From positions 37,465 to 101,464 of the IMG/VR virus record IMGVR_UViG_3300020172_001405: 64,000 nucleotides of DNA; one strand, 5' to 3'. The notes beneath the pieces were generated by a model. The model ran no database searches. It had not been told where the DNA came from and saw nothing but the letters and a program-made list of their open reading frames with translations. Both the position numbers and the translations under genes were made by a program. Source of the DNA: a virus. This document shows, piece by piece, positions 9,697 through 19,690 of this stretch; the stretch's first letter is position 1; each line of letters starts with the position of its first letter.

Positions 9697-9916
9697 AGGG
9701 CTTATCCACTAAGGTTGGCGCTAGGGCATAAGTACCGCATAAAGCGCATTCCATTTGAAGAAGATAGGTAGAAATTTCGTAGTCATCAAACGAAACTTTT
9801 ACATTCCATAAGTTTGATTCGCAATGTGGGCAATCATGGTGAATTTCTTCTGCATGATCCATAGTGCCCGTGTAATCAGGTTTCAGCTCACGAATTGACT
9901 TAGGAGACGCGTGCAC
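9686..9916 (-). CDS. small zinc-ribbon protein
   Basis: CPHC...CALC. This is the 3' part of track ORF 9686..10135; a GTG start at 9916 is likely because the upstream part overlaps whiB2. Confidence 0.6.
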   Translation of the reverse strand: MHASPKSIRELKPDYTGTMDHAEEIHHDCPHCESNLWNVKVSFDDYEISTYLLQMECALCGTYALAPTLVDKPYVS

Positions 9917-10154
9917 GTCGTCTTCTATTAATGCGGACTCTACTTCTATCTCGTGGCGTTGTGGCGCCCCATATCCCATCAAGATCCGGTTGAGATATCG
10001 CGTAATCGGCGCAAGGAACGACAAGAGGGCACTTGTTACAGATATCTTTAGCCAGTCTAATCTGAGTGTGGCTATTGTAGTCCTGCGGAAAAAAAAGTTC
10101 CGGATCTTCCTTAGCGCATAGTTGACGGCCATCATACGGATACTCCTGAGCCAT
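9900..10154 (-). CDS. whiB: second WhiB-family regulator
   Basis: LCAKEDPELFFP...AKDICNKCPLVVPC...GIWGATTPRDR with an Arg-rich tail. Confidence 0.92.
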   Translation of the reverse strand: MAQEYPYDGRQLCAKEDPELFFPQDYNSHTQIRLAKDICNKCPLVVPCADYAISQPDLDGIWGATTPRDRSRVRINRRRRARVS

Positions 10155-11364
10155 ATTCTTCAAACCTTCCCTCTTCCCAGTCCCAAAGTAGCTCTACTTC
10201 TGCAGGGCCACAGTTACGGCTTGCAACAATCCGCAACAATCTTGAACTATCATCGTTTTCATCTTGTCTTTGTAAAGCAAAGATCACATCCGAATCTTGG
10301 TAAAAAGATGAGGAGTAACCAATAGCATCTGCGGTAACTTGACCTCTACGCATTTTATGGGTCAATACCTGGGTAGTCATAACAATAGGTTTTTTGTGCT
10401 TTTGAGCTAGTCTTTTCATAGACCTCGTTATATTAGTTAAAGCCATAGGTGTGTTTGCCTCTCCAGTAACCTCATCAATCATTAAGTAAACGCCATCAAC
10501 AAAAATAATATCTGGCTGAAGCTTCTCTATCTTTAAAGATAACCCAGTTATAGTTGAGGCTGTCACGGAGTCGGTCAAATAAAAATTATGCATGCCGTCC
10601 ATATGATCTAAAGTTTTTTGGTACCTAGCTTCTTCTAAAGGAGTTAAAGCACCTCGTATTAATCTGCCGTGAGATATGTGGGCACGCATAGAGTCGTGCC
10701 TACGTTGTTGTTCCATGTTGCTCATTTCAAAAGATTGATAGAGGGGTACAAAACCATCCTCGTGAGTATTGACTGCCATCTGTAAAGAAAGAACTGACTT
10801 ACCAGTCTTAGGTGGAGCAATTACAGTAACTAGCTGTCCAGGCTGTAACCCAGCAGTTGCTACGTCCATTACCTGGAACCCTGTAGCAATTCCCAATAGG
10901 CCATTTGGTCGAGTCTTAATATTTAAGTACTCGTCGTATCGTGTGTGAGTGTTCTTAGTTAAATCTATATCGCTAGTTTGAGAAGCACCCTCATCAGAAA
11001 GCTTGGCTACTCCTGAGCCCATTAAAGTTATTGCTGCATCATGGTCTCCAGCAGATACCGCGTCAGCGGCAAGTTGAACAACCTCAATAGTCTTTTGACG
11101 TTTACGGTACTCAACTAGTTGATCTAACAAGTATGAAATTGAATCGTCAACCGCCAAAAGGCGATAGGTAGGAAAATTATCTTTTACAGTTGTAGCTGTA
11201 GGAACTTCGCTGTACTTAGTCCAGTGCTGCCGTATAAATTTCCATACGGCACGGTTCTCATCAACGTAAAACCACTCGTCTTGTAGTCCGCGCTCTAGTA
11301 GTTCAGAGATGTCTCTATCGCGTACAGCTTTAGAGATTAATCTAATCTCGTTGTCAGCTGCCAC
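10132..11364 (-). CDS. dnaB: replicative DNA helicase, DnaB family
   Basis: GIATGF, GLQPGQL, APPKTGKS, SFEMS, IFVDGVYLM, QDSDVI, SRN. GTG start 11364 follows GGAGGA. Confidence 0.92.
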   Translation of the reverse strand: MAADNEIRLISKAVRDRDISELLERGLQDEWFYVDENRAVWKFIRQHWTKYSEVPTATTVKDNFPTYRLLAVDDSISYLLDQLVEYRKRQKTIEVVQLAADAVSAGDHDAAITLMGSGVAKLSDEGASQTSDIDLTKNTHTRYDEYLNIKTRPNGLLGIATGFQVMDVATAGLQPGQLVTVIAPPKTGKSVLSLQMAVNTHEDGFVPLYQSFEMSNMEQQRRHDSMRAHISHGRLIRGALTPLEEARYQKTLDHMDGMHNFYLTDSVTASTITGLSLKIEKLQPDIIFVDGVYLMIDEVTGEANTPMALTNITRSMKRLAQKHKKPIVMTTQVLTHKMRRGQVTADAIGYSSSFYQDSDVIFALQRQDENDDSSRLLRIVASRNCGPAEVELLWDWEEGRFEEYGSGVSV

Positions 11365-11770
11365 TATTAATCCTCCCAATGTCAATGAACTTTCCGCCGT
11401 ATCTTAGGCCACGTTCAGGTATATCTACAACTCCTACCAACTCTGGTCGGTAGGGCAACTCACTTACTAGATCTGAGATTGTTTGATAGGCAGTGTAGTA
11501 GTTAAACGGATTTGTGCCCAAATTATCTAGATCTTCTAATATGTCCTTCATTTCTTTTTTTGTGTATCCAAATCCAGCTATTTCCATAGAGTACCCAAAT
11601 TTCTGTGCAAAGTTCCAAAACAAAGATAGGGCACGTCGGTTGTAAGTAACCTCTTCTTTAAAAACAGGAATACCCAAAACTTTTTTCATCGCTGGTTTGC
11701 GATCTAGTATGCAATCAAGAGTCACTACAACTCTCATTGGAACTTCGTTTGAGATATCCCCCCCTTTCAT
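11354..11770 (-). CDS. hypothetical protein (possibly degenerate HAD-like fold)
   Basis: N-terminal VVVTLDCILD loosely resembles HAD motif I; weak. Confidence 0.55.
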   Translation of the reverse strand: MKGGDISNEVPMRVVVTLDCILDRKPAMKKVLGIPVFKEEVTYNRRALSLFWNFAQKFGYSMEIAGFGYTKKEMKDILEDLDNLGTNPFNYYTAYQTISDLVSELPYRPELVGVVDIPERGLRYGGKFIDIGRINSGS

Positions 11771-11772
11771 CC

Positions 11773-12033
11773 TTAGCCTACTTTTACTTGGCCATAGCGA
11801 AGTACCAAATCACGGAACTTATCCGGAGATTTAGAAGAGTCGGCTACCTCAGATTTAGAAGCAGATCTTTTTATTTCTTTTTCTACAAGTGGTTCAACTT
11901 GCGTGGTGTGCTTGCATTTAGATCGTAAACTAAATCCGTTACAACTACATCGCATTTTTCCTTCTTCGTTTAGTTGAACTTCACTAACACCTGTTGATAG
12001 TGATATAAAAAATTGAACTGTTCTCCAAGTCAT
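11773..12033 (-). CDS. SWIM zinc-finger protein
   Basis: CSCNGF....CKH fits CxC...CxH. Confidence 0.75.
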   Translation of the reverse strand: MTWRTVQFFISLSTGVSEVQLNEEGKMRCSCNGFSLRSKCKHTTQVEPLVEKEIKRSASKSEVADSSKSPDKFRDLVLRYGQVKVG

Positions 12034-12737
12034 ATTGCTCTCCTATCTCCTTCTGTTGACTCTACAACAATTGGCATAAATGCTTCTTTGACAAAACTAC
12101 CCATAGGTTGACCGTAGGTATCTCCCCAGTCTTTTATAGGAACGTTAGTTGTTACTATAGTTGGGAGGCCAGCGTTAAAGCGAGCCCGCAGTAAAGCATC
12201 AAAAGTATTCTCTGCCCAACCAGACGCGGTTCGATATTCTTTACCAATATCATCTAAAACTAAAACCTTAATGTTTAAATGCTCGGGAGCATCTGCATAG
12301 ATACCGTCCATAAGATTTTGAATTTCACTTTCCCCGTCATCTTCCCAGTTTCGCTTTTGAAGCCGTAGAAGCTTGGGATAATCCGTAAAATACGCCGGAC
12401 GGAGGGGAAGCCTTTCCGGTGTACCTATAACGTCTCGTGGAATAGTCCTTAAAAGCTCCTGGAGGACCGTAGAGGCGAGAGTAGTCTTTCCGTGACCAGG
12501 TTTACCCACCAGCAATAATCCGAGGCCGCAGGTAGACGTTCCAGGAGCTTTTATAACATTTCCTAACCTGACTGAATTAAGCCAAGCCTCTACAGAGTCT
12601 AATACTGGTCCCTGACCTTGGATATGGGCGTATGGGCGAAGATCAGATAGTTCTAGCCCAATACTTTTAATTGGAAGGCCAGCAGCGTTTATCTGAGCCC
12701 GCACACTTGGCGCAAGATCTTTTAGGTTATAGCTCAT
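12030..12737 (-). CDS. DnaC/IstB-like AAA+ helicase loader
   Basis: GLLLVGKPGHGKT, LVLDDIGKE, PTIVTTN. Confidence 0.88.
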   Translation of the reverse strand: MSYNLKDLAPSVRAQINAAGLPIKSIGLELSDLRPYAHIQGQGPVLDSVEAWLNSVRLGNVIKAPGTSTCGLGLLLVGKPGHGKTTLASTVLQELLRTIPRDVIGTPERLPLRPAYFTDYPKLLRLQKRNWEDDGESEIQNLMDGIYADAPEHLNIKVLVLDDIGKEYRTASGWAENTFDALLRARFNAGLPTIVTTNVPIKDWGDTYGQPMGSFVKEAFMPIVVESTEGDRRAI

Positions 12738-13621
12738 TTGCCCTCCAGCAGTTTTAACATACGTTCTTGATTAGCAAGAGCATCTTCGTCCACAAAGTCA
12801 GTTTCTGCAACTCGAGAAGTAATGCCGTGGATAGTTGGGTAAAACGCAATAAACCTGCGCCATATCGGCTGACCTATGCCGGCATCATTCAAAAGTCTAG
12901 GGTCAGCAAAGAACACGCGGATTGCTTTTAGGATTGAAAGGTTTGTGGCGTCAGACTCCGAGATAGTTTTATTGATCCACTTGGCTAACTGCTCGCCGTT
13001 AATCTGACCTGGGATACCAGAAGCCTTTTCACGGACTAGGTCGTAAAACTCTGAGACAAGATCTTTTGAGTTCCAGGTTTCCTCTGGTCGCTCGTACCTA
13101 CGCATACTTGCTGGTACCGCCTCAAACTTAGTTTTCTTGTACTTGGCATTACGCATTGCCTTTTTGTCTTCAATTTTGCCGACAGCCCCAGGAGCCTCGT
13201 CAATATCAGATCTCTTCTTTGGTAAATTCTCATCTAGGTTTGGCCAACCCATTTCGATTCCTTCCTTCGGTTTCAGCGCAGCTGAAGTATTAGAAGTACG
13301 TAGTACTTCTAATACATTTAGACTAGTAGTTATATCATTAGTATTAAGTAAGCTATATAGAGCGCCTGGATTACCGACGCCTGATAATCCGTCGTCGGTG
13401 AACTTCAAAGTAGTGCGCCATTGACCTCCAACTTGTGCTTTTACGGCCTTTATGTAGCCAGCATCTTTGAGTTCTTTCATGGCAGAACGAATCGCGTCCC
13501 GACCTTCCGGGACTGCTGTGGATATTTCATCGGCAGATAGAACTCTGCCTGTTTCTATATAAAACGCATATAGCCCGCGGGCGCGTAGCGATAAGTATGG
13601 ATTAGAATACGGTGATTGCAT
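12734..13621 (-). CDS. replication initiator-like protein with N-terminal winged HTH
   Basis: LSLRARGLY...GRDAIRSAMKELKDAGYI; lies directly upstream of the DnaC-like loader, the usual initiator-loader pair. Confidence 0.75.
   Translation of the reverse strand: MQSPYSNPYLSLRARGLYAFYIETGRVLSADEISTAVPEGRDAIRSAMKELKDAGYIKAVKAQVGGQWRTTLKFTDDGLSGVGNPGALYSLLNTNDITTSLNVLEVLRTSNTSAALKPKEGIEMGWPNLDENLPKKRSDIDEAPGAVGKIEDKKAMRNAKYKKTKFEAVPASMRRYERPEETWNSKDLVSEFYDLVREKASGIPGQINGEQLAKWINKTISESDATNLSILKAIRVFFADPRLLNDAGIGQPIWRRFIAFYPTIHGITSRVAETDFVDEDALANQERMLKLLEGK
13287..13315. repeat. perfect 13-bp inverted repeat, candidate replication-origin element
   Basis: GTATTAGAAGTAC-GTA-GTACTTCTAATAC inside the initiator gene, next to an AT-rich tract. 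Confidence 0.6.
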
Positions 13622-13644
13622 GTAGACCCCCCTCTACAAAAATC

Positions 13645-13920
13645 TTACAACCTATCTACCCTCTTTGGCAAACCACGCATTTCACGGACTGATGGTCCCG
13701 TAAAAACTTGTTCTACCAACAAGGACATAGTCAGTCCTAAGAACGTTGAGGCAAGACAATAAATCAAAAGGGGTAGCCCCGAAATCCCTAAGATTATGGA
13801 AGAAGGAATTGCTATGGCTGCGGCAAGTAAACCGCGCCACTTTCCAATAGATACTATAAGTCCTTCAACTGCTGTTAAAACACAGGCAGTTGCGAGTGCG
13901 GCTATAACAACATTTGTCAT
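13645..13920 (-). CDS. small membrane protein (about 3 hydrophobic segments)
   Basis: Strongly hydrophobic; start re-called at ATG 13920, just after the upstream stop at 13931. Confidence 0.65.
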   Translation of the reverse strand: MTNVVIAALATACVLTAVEGLIVSIGKWRGLLAAAIAIPSSIILGISGLPLLIYCLASTFLGLTMSLLVEQVFTGPSVREMRGLPKRVDRL

Positions 13921-13930
13921 AGGCCAGAGG

Positions 13931-16900
13931 CTACTCTCTAAAAACAACCCTGTCAATATGGAAGGTTTGACCTATAGCAGCTGTGGCGGTAGTGGCGCAA
14001 GTTACCCTTAGTACGGCATAAGAAGCTCCAGCAGTGTCTTCTGCGGCAACATTGGTTGCTATATAGGCCCAACGAGTTGTATCAGTTACTGTGGCTACGG
14101 CAGTTTTAGTAATTATTAGGACGTCAAATTCATCATAAAATTTTACGCTTAGGGTGTAGACGCCGGCGGAGTTAGAGTTTTCTGGTTTTACGGCAATTGA
14201 TGCGTAGTAGCCACGTAAACCTAATAAAGGAACCTGTGCCGTAGTAATACCAAACGTACTTGCGGCAGTTGATGTTACTTTACAGAACGCTGTTCCGTGT
14301 GTGCAGTTTCCCTCAAATAAAATGCCGCGAGTTACTGTTCTTGATAGGTTAGCTGAGACTCCAGACCAAGACCCTAAATTTTTTTCAAATGATGCTGAAG
14401 GAATCAAGGAAGTTTCAAGATCTGGGTATGGAATAGTTGTTTTTCCTGCTTCTATACACCAGCTACTTCCTTGTGGAAGAACTTTTGGCAATGTATAATA
14501 CAGCCTAGTATATTTTTCGTAGTAGTTAGACCAATAGTTACTCTTGCCCCCATGTTGACTTTCTTCTCTAGAAAGATACATGTTTTTAGTTATGTCCCCA
14601 GTATTTGGACGAGTTACTACTCCAGAACCTGCAGGGTCTGCAAACTTTGAAGGTACCCTCCCTAGTTCTGCTTGAACTCCATCTATATAAAATACGGCAG
14701 CGGAGCCAGATCCTGTAGATAAAGACACAGTTAATGTGAAGGTAGTTTCCCCAACAGCAGCAATTCTGTTAACGTGTATTCTTGTCCAATAATCTTTATT
14801 AGTTTCTTCTACGTCAAATACATTTGCTGCCTGCCCATTTGTAGAAATAGAATATGCGCCCGCTTTATTCCTCACATAAGCTGAAATAACTATGTCTTCA
14901 CCACCAACAGCTGCGTTTGGAAGAGTAACTACTGTAGATATAGATCCTCCGCCAGCTTTACTTACTTTTCCTTGTTTACTTCCGTATAAAGCTGGAGATA
15001 TTTCACTTACAGACGTAAAGGTAGTCCCTGCCTCAGCAGTCCAACCTGTAGTATCTTCTAAAGAAGGATTAGATACAAAATTAACGACATTTTTAATTTC
15101 CCAGTGACAATCTGCTGGCACGTAAAAAGTAGAGGTATTTGGGTTTGTTGGGGTAGGTGCCCCATTTCCTTGAAAAAATGAATCAACTGAAGGTATTTGC
15201 TGCAGCAAAGCCGCATCAAAATAAAACACATCATTAGCTGTTGCGGCTTCTGTATACACAGATACTTTTGCTAAAGGTGTCCCGGAGTCCTTAGTTTGTA
15301 CTGGTGCTACTGACGTAACTGACAGTCTTTGGGCGGTAGAAGTAAGCGTTACCGTTTCAGAATCAACATAATAGGGGGCTATAGGATAATACTGACCATT
15401 TACATCACTAAGAATAGTAACTTGATCATAATCTGATTGTTGTGAGGAGTACTCAATTCTTGCTTTTACTGCGCGGGTAGCGCCACTAGCATAAATACTA
15501 AAAGTATAATTTGCTCCAGGAACAACAGGTACCCAATCAGAAACAAAAGCTGCCGTGCCAGTAGAGGTAGCCTTTACTTTTGCAACCGCAGAACCAAAAA
15601 TTTTTGATGTAGATGGGGGATTAAAGTCTTGGGATATTGTAGCGTTTAGCGCTAACCAGTTAGCAGTACTATTATCAAATCCAGGGTTAGGAAGAATATT
15701 TTCTTTTTCTCCAGAAATTGTTACTATGACTTTTCTAGCGTCTTGATATTCAAGACTATACTCAGTTTCAGCAACCTGAAACATATCAAATAAAAGATCG
15801 GTGCTGGCAGGAACGCCCTGTAAAAGTATTTCTACGCCCGCGTATACCGCATTTTCTGGCGGAAGTTCGTTTGAAGGGGTTTTACAAGAAAAATAAGCCC
15901 AAGAGTTAGTTATTTCTGTAACCTGTCCTGAAAGAGTAGTCGCACTAATTCTAACCCCATCTTTATCAAAATAAACAAACTGTCCTAATAAATTTGGGTA
16001 CGTAGCAGTAGCAGACGTTCTTGCAGCTTTAGACCTAACCCAACCAGTAAAGGTATATGTTTTTCCTGCTTTAATAGGTATTCCATAAGATTTTGCAGAT
16101 ATGGCGGTGTTCCACCCTACTAAAGCAATTGCTTGTTTATCAGACGTTCCTGTAGAACCCCTGCTTAATTTCATAAATCCAACAGTTCTTGGCGGATAAA
16201 TATTGTCATAAAAATTTCCGGTAGGCGGAGTTATCTCTACCCCTATATCAGCTAAAGATGTGGAGTATTTTTGCTGCGTTAATGTCCACCCAACGTGAAA
16301 CGTAGAAGAGCTATACCCGGACCCAGTTGATGGCTGAATAACATTTGTCCAACGACCGATAGACTCTTCAAAGGAAGAGTCGTTGTAATCTAACATTAAA
16401 TTGTGGCCAGTTCGGATACTAGTATCCCAATGAGTTAAGGCTGTTGTGTATGTAGATATTCCTTTAGAAGTTCCCTTAGAAGCATTAATTATATTTCCAG
16501 CTTTGTAGAGAGATCTATGGTAGGTATCTCCTAAAGTAGGCTCATATTCAAACCCTAAATCTTGAATTTTATTGCGCAATAGGGCTGTAGATATTTTTTT
16601 AAAGTTTGAGCTTTTTTCTAAAATCTGCGCTTCAGCACGAAGTCGATCGTAGGCAAAAGAATAAGCAGATAGAGTTTTGTATAGCTCATTAGTTGGCTCT
16701 GTTTCTCCAACTGAGTCTCCTTCACCATAAATATTGTTAAGCCATACTCTAGGTATCCACTTACTGACTTTATTTATAGTGTCTGTACTAATTACAGCTA
16801 AAGCTTTTGTGTTTCCACAGTTTATCCACTTAATTCCGTTAAATACCCAAAATGAATACGTAATTTCAGAGTTTTGCTCTAAAGTTTGCACGTCTATTTT

Positions 16901-17161
16901 AGATAGACGATAAGAGCTTATTACATCTTCATCCACAGAAATTCCGTCATACGGAGTTAGTGGTGCCCCAGAAAAAGATTTAATTAGTTTCCAGTGCGTT
17001 GGGGAAGGGTCCTGGGGATCGGTAATTACAGATCCCCAAGTTAAGGATATAGCCTGATACTCATACGACCAGGCAGTAAGGCCAACGTTATAAAAAACAC
17101 GGTTGTTTTCTATTTCGCCGTATTTAGGGGACCCATATTGCGTAAACGAATATTTAGCCAT
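13931..17161 (-). CDS. large baseplate/tail protein with repeated carbohydrate-binding-like domains
   Basis: Follows baseplate J. P2 gpI-like segment (SKGTSKGI) then several N(L/I/F)xxNPxF(E/D)...W beta-sandwich repeats. Confidence 0.75.
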   Translation of the reverse strand: MAKYSFTQYGSPKYGEIENNRVFYNVGLTAWSYEYQAISLTWGSVITDPQDPSPTHWKLIKSFSGAPLTPYDGISVDEDVISSYRLSKIDVQTLEQNSEITYSFWVFNGIKWINCGNTKALAVISTDTINKVSKWIPRVWLNNIYGEGDSVGETEPTNELYKTLSAYSFAYDRLRAEAQILEKSSNFKKISTALLRNKIQDLGFEYEPTLGDTYHRSLYKAGNIINASKGTSKGISTYTTALTHWDTSIRTGHNLMLDYNDSSFEESIGRWTNVIQPSTGSGYSSSTFHVGWTLTQQKYSTSLADIGVEITPPTGNFYDNIYPPRTVGFMKLSRGSTGTSDKQAIALVGWNTAISAKSYGIPIKAGKTYTFTGWVRSKAARTSATATYPNLLGQFVYFDKDGVRISATTLSGQVTEITNSWAYFSCKTPSNELPPENAVYAGVEILLQGVPASTDLLFDMFQVAETEYSLEYQDARKVIVTISGEKENILPNPGFDNSTANWLALNATISQDFNPPSTSKIFGSAVAKVKATSTGTAAFVSDWVPVVPGANYTFSIYASGATRAVKARIEYSSQQSDYDQVTILSDVNGQYYPIAPYYVDSETVTLTSTAQRLSVTSVAPVQTKDSGTPLAKVSVYTEAATANDVFYFDAALLQQIPSVDSFFQGNGAPTPTNPNTSTFYVPADCHWEIKNVVNFVSNPSLEDTTGWTAEAGTTFTSVSEISPALYGSKQGKVSKAGGGSISTVVTLPNAAVGGEDIVISAYVRNKAGAYSISTNGQAANVFDVEETNKDYWTRIHVNRIAAVGETTFTLTVSLSTGSGSAAVFYIDGVQAELGRVPSKFADPAGSGVVTRPNTGDITKNMYLSREESQHGGKSNYWSNYYEKYTRLYYTLPKVLPQGSSWCIEAGKTTIPYPDLETSLIPSASFEKNLGSWSGVSANLSRTVTRGILFEGNCTHGTAFCKVTSTAASTFGITTAQVPLLGLRGYYASIAVKPENSNSAGVYTLSVKFYDEFDVLIITKTAVATVTDTTRWAYIATNVAAEDTAGASYAVLRVTCATTATAAIGQTFHIDRVVFRE

Positions 17162-17169
17162 CTATTAGG

Positions 17170-17709
17170 TTACATCCCAGCTAGTAGAAAAGGGTCAAAT
17201 CTAACTGCCTGTGCTTGCTCAAGAGCCGATGTAGCTGTAGTATTTAGGTCTGTGTATTCTGAGCTTCCTACATATAGCACGTTTGCAGTACCAACTTTAG
17301 GAATTCCTAAGCTGTTTAAATTAAATCCTAGAGCGTCGTTAGATGCCCTGCTTTCAAATAAATTAGCAGTTCCCGCAGTAGTTTTTACAACTAAAGCTAC
17401 AGTTCCAGAAGGAGGTTGAATAGAGTCTCCAACTTTTTTTACGTAGGGGCTTGATGCACCGGTGCCGCTAACTAACCCCGCCTCAATATTATTTAAACGC
17501 TCGTCTATAGAGACCCAAGATGTAGTAGCTGAAGTAAATGTGCCGCCAAAAGAAGAAGTAAGAATATTAGTGCTTGGATTTCCGGTAAGAGCTATTGACA
17601 TAGCTCTAATTTCATTTTGAAGCGAATTTACGTGGTCCGCAAGGACAGTGTCAACTAAGTCAACCTTGTTTGTAAAAGGCCTAATATTTACTGGAAAAAA
17701 TTGAGACAC
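17170..17709 (-). CDS. tail/baseplate-associated structural protein
   Basis: DTVLADHVNSLQNEI motif typical of fibre-attachment N-termini; located in the baseplate operon. Confidence 0.6.
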   Translation of the reverse strand: MSQFFPVNIRPFTNKVDLVDTVLADHVNSLQNEIRAMSIALTGNPSTNILTSSFGGTFTSATTSWVSIDERLNNIEAGLVSGTGASSPYVKKVGDSIQPPSGTVALVVKTTAGTANLFESRASNDALGFNLNSLGIPKVGTANVLYVGSSEYTDLNTTATSALEQAQAVRFDPFLLAGM

Positions 17710-17727
17710 TATTTTACCTACCTATCC

Positions 17728-19293
17728 TTAGAGCAATCCGCCGTCTGGCGTAATTATTAATGCTACTGGCAACAAATAAGGGATCTGATTTGCTGCAAGG
17801 GTTATTGTAGCTACACCAGACCCATTATCTGTGTTTAACTTAGTTAAAGTTATTGATTCTACGCCCGCAATTCCAGCTGCTTTTGATATAACAGAGGATA
17901 GGGCGATAGTTCTTCCAAAGGTATTACTTTCGTAAGAAAATAGGCCGCCGGCGTTTAAAAAAGCCTTGGCAATATCTAGTTTTACAGTGTTTCGTTTAAA
18001 AGCAGCCCCAACAACTACGTTCATAGATACGTATATGGGCACATATGTAGGTTGAACAATAGTTAATGTTGTTCCTACAGGAATTTTATCGGCTAAGTAC
18101 TTTTTAACATTGCTTTCAAGAGTAGTCCAAGTAGAGGTTGGTGATCCTCCCGCAATTCCGGGAGTATTAGTTCCATCATTTTGAGTCTGTATGTACAAAG
18201 TTACTGAACTGTAAATAGACGATATTGCTTTAGCTCTACCAATTTGTGGGGTTTGATTTGCTAAAAATTCGTAGTCTTCTAGGGTCACTGCACGTCTGCG
18301 GGCAGAAATTGCTGATTTAATCTTTGTGCGTAGTTGATCTGAAGTATCAGCATCTGCTCCGCCAATAGCTGAAGCATCATTTGTTACAGACAGATAAGAG
18401 ACTGCTTCGGGGTCTATATTTCCGGGAATAAAAGTAACTTCAGTGATAGCACTAGATACCACATTTCCTGCGGCACCAAGGCTTGTTTTATACGAGGCAC
18501 TTATAAGTTGTCCTGTAGGAGGAACTGCACCATTAACCCCATCTCCAAATATAACTGTTAAACTTCCATCTGCATTTTGAGAAGTTGTAAATACTAGGGC
18601 TGTTGGGCCATACTCAGAAAGAGTGTCAACATAAGACCACGCAGAAAATGCAGCTCCTTGCCCTACATACACAATAAGTGAGCTATCTACAAGGCCAAAG
18701 TCAGGAATTACTATTTCTTGGCTTGACTCGCCTGTAGATGACCCAAGACTTGCTGGTAATGGCTTGTTATTAACTGGGTTAATTAAGTCGGGACGATCAG
18801 TATTTACTGTCTTACCTTCTTTTGCGGTAAGAGTAATTGTTGCTGCGGCCGCTAGCTGTGTAGCAGACTGAGTAGTTTCAAAGTAAACTTCTGTATACGG
18901 CCCATATGTTAATGGGGCCATTATTTGAGTTCCAATAGGAATGTCTATTGGGGCAGCGCTAGTATTTGTAAAAAGCACGTTTACTGTAGCTGGAGTAGGT
19001 CCAGAAGGTTTGTATCCGTACAAAGCTGCAAAATTTAAAAGAGTTTCCCGTTTTACGGCAGTTTCTACTGATGACTCATTAGCTACTCGGTCTAGATAGT
19101 AAGACATTACGTCTCCCATATAGGCAAAGGCTTCTACAAGAACGGAGCCTAAATCGGAAGGGTCTGCGGTATCCCAAGCTTTACCTGTTCTTGAACTAAT
19201 TAAGTTTATAAGATCAGTCTTAAGGGCCGCAAAATCTCTAGAAGTGTAGTCAATCTGGGCCATATTATTTAAATTTGAACTGTCGTATGCCAT
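17728..19293 (-). CDS. baseplate wedge protein (gpJ / T4 gp6-like)
   Basis: IDYTSRDF, YYLDRVANE, FGDGVNGAVP, GGADA, RAVTLEDY. Confidence 0.92.
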   Translation of the reverse strand: MAYDSSNLNNMAQIDYTSRDFAALKTDLINLISSRTGKAWDTADPSDLGSVLVEAFAYMGDVMSYYLDRVANESSVETAVKRETLLNFAALYGYKPSGPTPATVNVLFTNTSAAPIDIPIGTQIMAPLTYGPYTEVYFETTQSATQLAAAATITLTAKEGKTVNTDRPDLINPVNNKPLPASLGSSTGESSQEIVIPDFGLVDSSLIVYVGQGAAFSAWSYVDTLSEYGPTALVFTTSQNADGSLTVIFGDGVNGAVPPTGQLISASYKTSLGAAGNVVSSAITEVTFIPGNIDPEAVSYLSVTNDASAIGGADADTSDQLRTKIKSAISARRRAVTLEDYEFLANQTPQIGRAKAISSIYSSVTLYIQTQNDGTNTPGIAGGSPTSTWTTLESNVKKYLADKIPVGTTLTIVQPTYVPIYVSMNVVVGAAFKRNTVKLDIAKAFLNAGGLFSYESNTFGRTIALSSVISKAAGIAGVESITLTKLNTDNGSGVATITLAANQIPYLLPVALIITPDGGLL

Positions 19294-19294
19294 A

Positions 19295-19690
19295 TTACCT
19301 AACCGCCGTTACTGTTCCATCAGAACTGAATAGTGCACTACTTACATCTAAGGTCTTTATTGTACTGTCTGGAAGCATTACAGTAATAGTTACCTGAGCT
19401 TGCCCGCCATATTCTGGAAGTAGAGTTGAGATGCTCTGTATCTTAATCTCTGGCAACCAGACTCTTACCGCGGTGCTTACCGCCTGCTTTATAGAGGTGT
19501 CTAAAACATTTTCGTTTTCAAATAATGCTTGCATAAGGTCTGTGCCATAGGATGTAAGCATTGGTCGTTGTCCTACATTTGTCGATAGTAGAGTTAATAG
19601 GCGATCTAACCAAATTTTACTAGCCCGTTCTGTAATTTCTACAGCCCCATCTGGGGATAAAGTATAGGGGTAGTTTATAGCGCGGCTCAT
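19295..19690 (-). CDS. baseplate wedge gp25/gpW-like protein
   Basis: LLSTNVGQRPMLTSYGTDL...WLPEI; ATGA overlap with the upstream gene. Confidence 0.88.
   Translation of the reverse strand: MSRAINYPYTLSPDGAVEITERASKIWLDRLLTLLSTNVGQRPMLTSYGTDLMQALFENENVLDTSIKQAVSTAVRVWLPEIKIQSISTLLPEYGGQAQVTITVMLPDSTIKTLDVSSALFSSDGTVTAVR

Noticed and set aside
9917-10135. 5' extension of track ORF 9686..10135
   Set aside because: It overlaps whiB2 in another frame; only the zinc-ribbon 3' part looks like a real protein.
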